From contig NC_043001.1 of assembly GCF_006345805.1 (NCBI RefSeq), positions 23,622,001 to 23,686,000 of the forward strand: 64,000 nt of DNA, given 5' to 3'. Source of the stretch: Octopus sinensis. Lineage: Eukaryota. Position 1 is the stretch's first letter. Each line of letters opens with the position of its first letter. Both the position numbers and the translations under genes were made by a program. The notes under the pieces are model-generated. The model was not told the DNA's origin, searched no databases, and saw nothing but the letters and a program-made list of their open reading frames with translations. Below are positions 24,601-36,546 of this stretch, one piece after another.

Positions 24601-26703
24601 TCGTTGCCAGTACCACTTCACTGGCCCTCATGCCGGTGGCACATAAAAACACCCACTACACTCTTGGAGTGGTTGGCATTAGGAAGGGCATCCAGCTGTA
24701 GAAACTCTGCCAGATCAGATTGGAGCCTGGTGCAGCCATCTGGTTTGCCAGTCCTCAGTCAAATCATTCAACCCATGTTAGCATGGAAAGCGGACGTTAA
24801 ACGATGGTGTGTTTACGTCCCCGTAACTTAGCGGTTCGGCAAGAAAGACCGATAGAATAAGTACTAGGCTTACAAAAAATAAGTCTTGGGGTCGATGTGC
24901 TCGACTAAAGGCGGTGCTCCAACATGGCCACAGTCTAATGACTGAAACAAGTAAAAGAGTAAAAGAGAGAGTAGAGTATGTATACAGCAAATTTAATAAA
25001 ATACTATATATATTTTTTTGTTCACCAGAGCCAGTAAAAGATCTGGTTCGCATCAGTTTTCCCAGAGAAAAGCGAACAATGGAATTGATGATCGTCTCTC
25101 CATTGAAGAGGTTTGTTAATGATTAATTTTCTTGTTTCAGTGAAAATGACTGAGAATTTAACTGGTGTCAGATGTGTGCGTGTGTTTATGTGTTTCAGTG
25201 TGTACCCTTGTTCTAACATCATGTAATGATAGTAAACAACTGCACCATCATACAAGCGATGTCATTTGACACAAAAAAAACAGGGCGCAGGAGTGGCTGT
25301 GTGGTAAGTAGCTTGATAACCAAACACATGGTTCCGGGTTCAGTCCCACTGCGTGGCATCTTGGGCAAGTGTCTTCTGCTATAGCCCCGGGCCGACCAAT
25401 GCCTTGTGAGTGGATTTGGTAGACAGAAACTGAAAGAAGCCCGTCGTATATATATATATATGTATGTGTTTGTGTGTCTGTGTTTGTTGACTGTGTTTGT
25501 CTCCCTAGCAATGTTTGACAACCGATGCTGGTGTGTTTACGTCCCCGTTACTTAGCGGTTCGGCAAAAGAGACCGATAGAGTAAGTACTGGGCTCACAAA
25601 GAATAAGTCCCGGGGTCGATTTGCTCGACTAAAGGCGGTGCTCCAGCATGGCCGCAGTCAAATGACTGAAACAAGTAAAATAGAGTATGTCTGGCTGTGG
25701 AAAATATTACCTTGTTTGAAAACTGGTGAGGGTTGGCAACAGGAAAGGCATCTGATTGTAGAAAATCTGCCTCCACAAACTTTGTATGATCCATGCAAGC
25801 TTGGGAAAGCGAGTGTTAAATGGTGATATTGACAATGATGAAAGGACTTTATATGGTCAAAGTGTAACCTTGTTTTATTTTCTGTACTGTTTATTTCCAA
25901 CTTGCGTGTGTGTGTATGCAAATATATGTGTATATTTGTATATATGATCAAATAATTAAATCTCTATAATTGGTTGATGAGTACTCAGCATCTTAAATCT
26001 GTTGTAATACTTACAACATTTAATAAAATGATGTAGTACGAAATGATCGTACCAAATTACCAGGGTCATTCTTGTTGCTTATTTTGATTATAATCACCCC
26101 ACAGATTTTTATGGATAACACCATGTAAAATTCTGGTGTATCTAAATTAAGTACCATATTCATTTGAATCTAAATTTTTGCTGAACTTATTTGTATATAT
26201 GTATATACATATATATATATGACTGGCTCCCATGCCAGTGGCACGTAAAAAGCACCATTCAAGTGTGGTCAATGCCAGTAGCGCCTGACTAACCCTTGTG
26301 CTGGTGGCAAGTAAAAAGCACCCACCACACTCTCAGAGGGGTTGGCATTATGAAGGGCATCTAGTTGTAGAAACCTTGCCAGATCAGATTGGAACCTGGT
26401 GCAGCCTTTTGGCTTGCCAGTCCTCAGTCAAACTGTCCAACCCATGCCAGCATGGAAAGCGAATGTTAAACGATGATGATAATAATAATGATGATATGTG
26501 TGTGTTTGTGTCTGTGTTTGTCCCGTCAACATCGCTTGACAACTGATGCTGGTGTGTTTACGTCACCGTAACTTAGCGGTTCGGCAAAAGAGACCGATAG
26601 AATAAGTACTAAATGTGTTGACAGCGTCTTCTTTAATGGCGGTGCCCCAGCATGGCCACAGCTCGTGAGCTGAAACTAGATAAAATGAAAATGAAAAAAT
26701 ATC

Positions 26704-26756
<53 letters not shown>

Positions 26757-29700
26757 CTTATAGAGTAAAGACCCCCTTTGTTCATGAATGACCATGCGAT
26801 TGAACCTAGAAAGTTACCCTCCGAGGTAGAAGTCCAGGCAAGGTTGTGTATGGAAGACCAGTAGTCACCCATGCGTACCAGTTTCCCCTCTCCACACCAC
26901 TGATGTTATCCAAAGTGAAAGTAAAGGCTGATACAGCTTGGCACCAGTGACGTTGCAACGCATTTCTTCAGCTGAGTGAACTGGAGCAACACGAAATAAA
27001 GTGTCTTGCTCAAGAACACCCCACATAGCTGAGTCCAAGAATTGAACTCACTCCATCATGATTGTGAGCCTGATGCGCTTTCACACACACGTGTATACGC
27101 ACATACATGTACACACACACATACATGTGTATGTGTGCTTCACTCCAAGAGCGTAAAAGCAACCTACTACACTCTCGGAGTGGTTGGTGTTAGGAAGGGC
27201 ATCCAGCTGTAGAAACTCTGCCAAATCAAGACTGGAGCCTGGTGCAGCCATCTGGTTCGCCAGCCCTCAGTCAAAATCATCCAACCCATGCTAGCATGGA
27301 AAGCGGACGTTAAACGATGATGATGATGACAATGAAAGTCTATTTTTATACTTAAAAAGTCTCCTGACTTTTTAAAACCATTTTAACAATTATAGCTAAT
27401 GTTCAATAGTTTTTTAATCACTATATTGTAATGTCTATTTACCATTGAGATGTTTTAAATTAAGAAAGAGATTGTTAATGTACATGTGCAATGAATCTTT
27501 CTGTTTCTAATGTTAATTTTCCATTTCAGGCATTTTTAAATCTGCAATTAAAGAATTTGTTTAATTGTCAACTTATACAGTCAAGCTCTGGAATTACTAA
27601 TCTCATTAAATCATTTACGAAAGCTGTTGGTGAGAAACCTGGAAAGTAAGACCACTTTTGTTACCTACATTGTCATTATAGTCTTCTGATAATTATATAT
27701 TTTACTAACAGGAGAACTGTGGTTGAGTGATTATGGTACTAGAGATAATTGAATTTGAGTTCAGTAGGCACAGGTGTGGATGTACCTGTTGTGGTAACAA
27801 GTTTGCTTGCCAACCAAATGGTCTTGAGTTCGGTCACACTGAATGGCACCTTGGGCAAGTGTCTTCAACTATAGTCCGGGGCTGACCAAAGCCTTGTGAG
27901 TGGATTTGGTAAACAGAAACTGAAGGAAGTCCATCTTACAGATGAGATGCAATTTAGTTTTGTGTCAGAGAACAGTACCACTGATGCTATCTTCCTGGTG
28001 AGGCTACTTTAGGAGAAGCATTTAGCAAAAAATAAACCTTTGTACTCGGCCTTTGTCAACATGGAGAAAGCCTCTTATCTGGTGGTCAGTGCAGAAGTTT
28101 GGGATAGAAGTGGTTTGTGAGAGCTGTACAAGCTATGTAGAAGGATGCTGTCAATAAGGTGAATGTTGGCGATGAGTATAACAATGAATTTAGTGTACAG
28201 GTAGGAGTTTACCAAGGATTGGTTCTCAACCCCTTCTTGTTTGTAATTGTCCTCCAGGCCACAACAAAGGAATTTTAGACTGGTTGCCCTTGGAAGCTCC
28301 TTTGCACTGATGACTTTGTTTTTATAGCTGAATTCCTATAAGAATTAGAGAAGAAATTTCAGATGTGGAAGCAGGATCTTGAATCAAAGGGCCTTAGAGT
28401 TAATTTAGCAAAGACCAAAGTCCTAGTAAGTAGGAAAACACAAATTATTAATCCCTTCAGGGAGATGGCCTTGCTCAATTTGTAGCAAATAGTGTAGGTA
28501 GAAATTCCATCTGGTGTACCTGGTGCAAGTTATGGGCATATAAGAGGTGCAACAGTGTCACAGGAAGTAATCAAGAGAGAGTAATCTTTGTGTGTGGTAG
28601 ATGTGCACGTACAATAAGCATTAAGTATGTACAGGAAATAAACTTCCTCAAATGTCCAGGGGGATCCTTAGAAGAAGTAGAAGGCGAAGCTTCCGTTACA
28701 TAGGTGACCAAGTTAGCAGTGGAGGAGGAAGTTTTGAAAGTGTAGTTGCTAGAATAAAAATGGGTTGGTCAAAGTTCAGAGTGCTGCTACCTTTGTTGCT
28801 AACAAAGAGGCCTCTCCTTCAAAGTGAAAAGCACATTGTATGATACCTGTATTCGGACAGCTATACTACATAGCAGTGAAACATGGGCTGTGACTGTATA
28901 AAAAATGTGAATGCTTGAAAAGAAATGGAGTGAGCAAATTTTTCTGGATGTGCAATGTTAGTGTGCATATATGACAGAGTGTAAATGATTTAAGAGAAAA
29001 ATTGGGTTTAAGAGGCTTCAATAGTAGTATGCAAGAGAGAAGACTGTGTTAGTGTGGTCATGTGATGTGTAAGGATGAGAACAGTTGCATAAAGAAGTGC
29101 CAACTTGTGGAAGAGGTAGACCCAGAGGGATGAAGTGATGAGAAACAATCTTTGGATGTTGTCTCATAGAGATGACAAGGGACCAAAACATCTGGTGATT
29201 TGCTGTGCTTGAGAAGGCACGTCAAGCTAAATGAAATCATGGAAGGTCATGTAACCCTCTTGCACACATACAAACACACACACACACATTCACATCCAAT
29301 CTGTCTTCTGTCTAAGCTCCCTCACAACCCATCCTCCCAACATAGCTCCATCCCACCACTCATGCATACTACCCACTGCAAGCCCCTCCTCTTTCCCTCA
29401 TGTGCTTAACTGCATACTCTTCATACTGCCACATATCTACCATATCCCACTGCCAGCCACTTCAGTTTCTCACCATCACCTGCTACAGCCACCTCTTCCC
29501 ATTCTCTATACATCTTCCTTCACACTCTTATAGAACATTCCCTTCTATTTCCATCACTGCTACCTGTGGGTAGGTCCTGATGCATCTGTAACACCATCTC
29601 TATCTCTCTCACTCTGACTGTTTCTCTATCTTTTTCACTAACCATATCTCTCCTTTTTCTCCTGCCGGGGTAGCCAAGTATCTCCTCTTATAGCAAGACA

Positions 29701-32700
29701 CCTATCTCTAACCCCATATTATCCTCCAACCTCTTTCTGTGGTTCCACTCTCTCTCCCAGCTGAGAGTTCTTCATCTTGAAAGTTACTTGGTGACCCCAC
29801 TGGTGTCAGTGTCACTTGAAAAGCACCAGTGCTGATGTCACATAAAAAGTACCCAGTACACTCTGTAAAGTGGTTGGATTTAGCAAGGGCATCAAGCCAT
29901 AGAAACCATGCTAAAGCAATGGAACCCAGTGCAGCTCTCCAGCTTGCTAGCTTCTGTCAAACTGTCTAACCCATGCCAGAATGGAAAACAGACTTTGAAT
30001 GCTGTAGCTGCTGATATATATATATATATATACATACATACACCGCACACCCACACATTCACGCACCTTCATCCACACACACACACTTACACATTCATGC
30101 ATGCACACCTTCATTTTAGGATCACCAATACTTTATTATCTCCCCTTTTTTGCACCTCTCCTGTCAAACTTTTTTTTTTCCAATCAGCCGTGCTTGACTA
30201 CTAAATCCACAAGTTTTTTTTATTCTCTCTCTGTTTATTTTCTTATATTCCTTTCTGTTGAAGAACATAGGCTCGAAACATAAAAAACTTTCTCACTTTC
30301 CCGAGCATCAAACTAATACACCTGCTTGTTGTTCATACACCTGTCTTGGTTTTTCTGTAAGTGTGTGTGTTACTGTCTTCTTGCCTTGATTTCATGTGAT
30401 AGTTGTAAAAAAATGTCACCATCATGCAGGCAGTGTCCTTTATTTTCAATCTTTTGAAAAAACATTTCTTGTCTTGGAGAAATATTACTTTGCTTGGAAA
30501 TAAATGAAGATTGGTGACAGGAAGGGCATATAGTTGTAGAAAATCTACCTCAGTTGAAACTCCATCCAACCCATGCAAGTATGGAAAAGTGGGCATTATA
30601 ATAAAGATGATGATGATAATGATCTAAGACTCAGTCACTAGAGTTTCATGTTCAGGTGTGGCTGTGTGATAAGAAGCTTGCTTCCCAACTACATGGTTCT
30701 GGGTTCAGTCCCTCTGCATGGATCCTTGGACAAGTGTCTTCTGTGGTAGCCTAAGGCTGACCAAAGCCTTGTGAGTGGATTTGGTTGATGGAAACTGACA
30801 GAAGCCCATTGTGTATATACATATGTGTGTGTCTTTGTGTCTGTGTATGCCCCCACCTCCCCACATGACAACAGGCATTCCTGTGTTTATGTCCCTATAA
30901 CTTAGTGGTTAAACAATAGGGGTTGATGGACTAAATACCAGGCTTTAAAAAAGAAGTACCCAGTACACTCTGTAAAGTGGTTGATTCATTTGACTAAAAC
31001 TTCTTCCAGATAATGCCCCAGCATGGCCACAGTCTAATGACTGAAACAAACAAAAGGTATAAGGTAAAACAAGACAAACGCTAATTCTCTTAGAAATAGA
31101 TTTTATGTTTGACTTCACTACTTCATTGAGATAATTATTTGTTGCCAACAGCGACAGTATTTTCTATCTTCTATTAAAAATCTATATTGTTTGTACGTAT
31201 ATGTTTCACGAGCCCCTAGGCATCAGAACAAAGCAGTTAGCAAAATACAGAGAGGGAGAAACAATAGAGTAAGAAGCTAACAGAATAGAAGTAAAACCAC
31301 AGCTAGTAAGAGAGGCAAGGGAAAGAATCACTTGTGTTGTTGTACAGTCAGATGACTCTTCAGTAATAGTGTGTAATCAATACATTTTATTGAAATACAA
31401 GCAATGTTTGTTTCCGTCTTCCTAATTCACTAACGATTTTATTTGTTTTTAAAATGTCCAGTTGTGAAGGGAATTAACAACAAAAAAAAACCAACTAATC
31501 TATTGTGCAATGATACTCTGCCATTAATGGTGTCATAAAGATGTTGTAAAAGTGGAAATAAAAAAAGAGAAAAACACTTGAAAAAACTGGGTGCTATATC
31601 TATGTAGCACTGTTTTTACACGAATGCATTTACTTTGTAATTGCAGTTTGCTCTTATTGAGCTGCCTTATAAAATATAATAATGAAATTATTGTATACAG
31701 TGCTCAGGTGCACCACAACTTGTCAGAAAGTGCATATAAAGTACATGCAGTAATGTAGAAATGTCTGGAAAGTGAACATGCTTGTGTGTGTATGGAGGGG
31801 AGAAAATCAAGTGTAGTGTTGGCGAATCTCAGGAAGCATGGAAGTCTTGAAGGATGCAGTGCTCCGACAACTAACAACCGATGTCGGCAGTTTGTTCCAC
31901 GCTTCAGCAACTCTCAGTGTGAAAAAATGTTTCCTGAAGTCATGGGAGCTGTGCTGTTTTCTTACTTTGTAAATATGTCCACGGGTGTTAGATGGGTGGA
32001 GTTTGAAGAGGTGCTCAGTGTTATTGTTTGTGCGATGGTTGATAATTTTATGGGTGTCTGCCAGGTCAGCTGCCAGACGTCGGAGTTTCAATGTGTCCAT
32101 GCCCAGGGAAGTAAGGCGTTCAGGATATGGCAAATGCCTGATGGAGGGTATTCTTTTGGTTGCACGTCGCTGAACAGCTTCCAGACGATTGATGTCCTGG
32201 GCAAGATAGGGGTTCCAGACCGGTGATGCAAATTCCAGGTACGGTCTTACAGGTTATGACGACGAGGGTTCCGGTTGATCCGATCAACGGAACAGCCTGC
32301 TTGTGAAATTAACGTGTAAGTGGCTGAGCACTCCACAGACACGTGCACCCTTAATGTAGTTCTTGGGGTGATTCAGCGTGACACAGAGAGTGACAAGGCC
32401 GTCCCTTTGAAATACAGGTACAACAGAAACAGGAAGTAAGAGTGAGAGAAAGTTGTGGTGAAAGAGTGCAGCAGGGATCACCACAATCCCCTGCCGGAGC
32501 CTCGTGGAGCTTTTAGGTGTTTTCGCTCAATAAACACTCACAACGCCCGGTCTGGGAATCGAAACCGCGATCCTACGACCGCGAGTCCGCTGCCCTAACC
32601 ACTGGTCCATTGTGCCTCCACAATACAGGGGTAACCAGCTAAATACTCAGTGGTAGAGGAAGCATCTACTTCAGAAAACTTCCATGACTAGATAGCTTGT

Positions 32701-35700
32701 CATAACAATACCATCTTTGGAAGAAAGCCTTAAACCTGTCTCATTAATTTAACAGAGATTTCTTTGAAGGCAATTTAGTCTGCTACATTAATTGGTTTTG
32801 CATTGGTCCAGCTTGTTCTTTGTTAATTTTGTTTTATCTGTTGCCTGGTGACATACTTAGATTACTTATATAAGTTTTAACCAAAGTTGGCCCAGGCCAT
32901 GTCTAATTTAATAGAACCACCTGGAAGAGGTACACAGTCAGCTCTTGGGCACCATAGCCCATTCAAGCAGAGAGTTATTGTTTTCAGAGACATATCCAAG
33001 TGTGGGTGGTTTGTCTGGTGTTTGTTGGGGGTAATCATCTAGGGGCTGTTTGAATGCTGTGAAATCACTTTCCTCCTTTAGGTGGGCTGGCACGATGTTG
33101 AAGAGAGCAGGGCCAGTTGAGGTGAAATAGTTCTGTCGTAGTGTTGTGATACAACACGAACATGATTTCTGTAGTGGATGGATGGCACGGGAGCAATAAT
33201 ATATATACACAATATATAAATATTCTACATTCCAGAATATCTTAGATATAGTCGATGATCAGATTAAAATCATTCCACTTCAATGAAACTGAGTTCTAGA
33301 AGTGCTGCATATATATCATCATCATCATCATTTACTGTCCATTTTCCATGCTAGCATGGGTTGGACGATTTTGACTGTGGGCTGGCAACCAGATGACTGC
33401 ACCAGGCTCCAGTCTTGATCTGGCAGAGTTTCTACAGCTGGATGCCCTTCCTAATGCCAACCACTTTGAGAGTGTAGTGGGTGCTTTTTACGTGCCACCT
33501 GCACATATATATGTATATATATGTACCCTCCACCTACACACTACAATGATTGACACTTTCCACCCAAATGTACAAAACTACATCTCATAATGCATGATGC
33601 CTATCTCTTCACCACCTACTTACTCCTGCAACCTAACCCCACCATATCATCTTTTTGTCCTGTCCTCCTTCCATGTCATTACTATTCTGTCACTCCTCCC
33701 TCCACCTACTCTCTTTTGCATCTCTACCCTCCCGAATTCATGACTCTTCGGTCATTACCTTTCAACCCTCCCTAACTTCTTTTACAAGTGCAGCCTATCA
33801 CTTCATCCCCTCGTCTTCTTCTTCCCTCTTAGAATCTTACAATAATCCCACTCACTTGTACTTACCTATTCCTTTACTACCCACAAGGGACTAAACACAG
33901 AGGGGACAAACAAACGGATCAAGTCGATTATATCGACCCCAGTGCTTAACTGGTACTTATTTAATCGACCCCGAAAGGATGAAAGGCAAAGTTGCCCTCG
34001 GTGGAATTTGAACTCAGAACGTAATGGCAGACGAAATACTGCTTAGCATTTCGCCCGGCTTGCTAACGTTTCTGCCAGCTCGCCTTGTACTTACCTTGAG
34101 CTTTGAGGGGCCACCTCGTCTGCTGATTATTCTCTCCCTCTCCTACAAACTGAGTTACCATGCAGCTCTTGTACAAGAACCTGCTCTTCCCCCTGCTCAT
34201 ACTCTTACCTCTCGCCCCATAGTATAACCCCCAACTCCTTTGGTTTTCATAGTTTTGTGAGCTGCATTGTGACTTCATTAGTGCTGTTGGCATGATAAAA
34301 GCACCAACTACTTTCTGTAAAGTGACTGGTGTTAGGAAGGGCATCCAGTCGTAGAAACCATGCCAAAGCAGACATTGGAACACGATGCATCTTTAGGTCC
34401 AATGGATCCTGTCAAACTGTCCAACCCATACCAGCCGGCCATATCCGGCCAGAAGTATTCTGCCTGTTTTATGTTCAAAGTGGTGAGATCTGGTCTCTCA
34501 CACCAACCCTACAATATCGTTTTAAAAATTAACAGCTACCTCATTAAAATCTCATAGCTACAAGATAATGCATGATTAGTTCAAAACATTGTGGATAAAA
34601 AAGCATTCATTTTGGCAGAATAATGCAAACGCTAAAGGTTTAAATGATGATGATGATGATGATTCTGTATGAGATCTACACCATTGTTATAATTGCATCT
34701 ATATCATAGTTTTCATCTCTCATAATAATGTTGCTCTCAACTATCACTTTTAGGAAAGATCGTTTGCAGTCTGAGTTCTCCTTTCACAATGCGAAAGGTA
34801 ATAACACCTCCGGGTCATCTGATATACAAGGGTTGTGGAAGTTACAACTCCAACAGTTCAAGAATATTAGTTCTGATATTGCTAATGCTATTGTTTACCA
34901 ATATCCTACACCAAAATGTTTGTTTGAGGTTAGTATCAAACAGTTTGATTTGTCAATATCTACCATTCCTAGTAATCTGTATGTCTTGAGTGTGATATTG
35001 TAATTGGTATGTAATATTTATCAAACATACATTCTATAAATCTACACCACTGAAGCACACTCATTTTGTCTATTATCAGATAGTCTAGTAATACAGACAA
35101 ACAGAATTTTCTTTATTTTATATTTTTCCTTCGAGGTCATTAAAAAAATATGCAATGGGAGCAAATTGTTTCATTAACCCTTTCGTTACTGCATTTATTT
35201 TGAGATGCTCTGTGTTTCTTTCAATTACTTTAAATATAACAAAGAATTTAGTAAAATAACTTAGTTATCATTCAGTTAATGTTAGGAACATAAATTGTGA
35301 CTAAGGTTTGGTGGAAGATTTTAATTCAAAACTTATGAAAACAAGACATTTGTACTCAGAGCCAGAGCCGGTTTCAGCCGGGTTGGTAACGAAAGGGTTA
35401 AAAAAGAATTAATTTTCTGGATAAAATTTATATTCAATATTTTTGCAAATGATGTACTTCTCTATATTTCCTGATTTTCTCAGGCATATGAAAAATGTTC
35501 CTCAGAGAAGGAAGGTATTAAAGTACTTGAAGATATTACGGTAAATATAGAACCAAATATTTGCTATGTATTTTAAGTTTTAAAATGTTCTTATTCTGAT
35601 TTCATGTCATTTTAATTTTAAACCATTTTAGTTATTGTGGTGTACCTGAGTACTGTATGCAGTAAGATCATTATTATATTATTACATATATGTGTTTGTT

Positions 35701-36512
35701 TTACATGATTCTTGATATCAAATTGTGTGTTGTAACAGTTATATTTATATTTTGGTATGGTCATTTTGCCAACAAACACATGCACTATTTATTTGATCTT
35801 TAATTTAGCTTTGTATTACCTCTGCCGTAGCAAAGGCGGAGGCATTGTTTTCAGTCGCATCTGTTTGTTTGTGGACAAGATATCTCAATAACTGCTGGAT
35901 GGATTTTGATGAAACTTTTAGGGATGTTTGGCCTTTTGACTGGCATGAACAGATTAGGTTCTGGGATCGATCCAGTACCGGACAAGGATTCTGGATTATT
36001 TTTCTGTTTTTTTTTTAACTTAATTTTTGAGTGGTCAGGTTCATTTTTAGTATTCTTGTTTGTGAGAGCAGTCGAGTTTATTTCAGATATTCTAATTTTA
36101 AAAATCATCTCTGGCTAATCGTTGAGAGGGCATTGGTGTTGCCTTGGCAGAAGTATGCCCTCTGTGAGTGCTCTTTTTATTAGTTTATTTATCAGAATTC
36201 TTTTGTCACACATTCTGTGACCTCTTCAATGACTTTCTGTTCTTCATGTCTCATCTCTGTTCAAAATAGACAGGACAAGACCAGAGAAAAGAGGAAACAC
36301 AAAGGACGGAAAGTCAATTAATAATAATAAAGCTAAAGTGAAGATAAAATAAATAGTGTGTGTGTTTATTGGCAAAATGACCGTCCCCAAATATAACAAT
36401 ATATTATTATTCAAATAGTAAAATATTGGTTTATTTAACTGCTTTCAGTTATTATAGATGGCTGCTTTCATCTTTGTTTGAATAGATTTATGAAATACAT
36501 AAATAACTGATT

Positions 36513-36546
<34 letters not shown>

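Noticed and set aside
25141-25200. Alternative EME1 acceptor ttgtttcag at 25140
   Set aside because: Gives an in-frame TGA after three codons; the 25029-25110 exon fits phase and homology.
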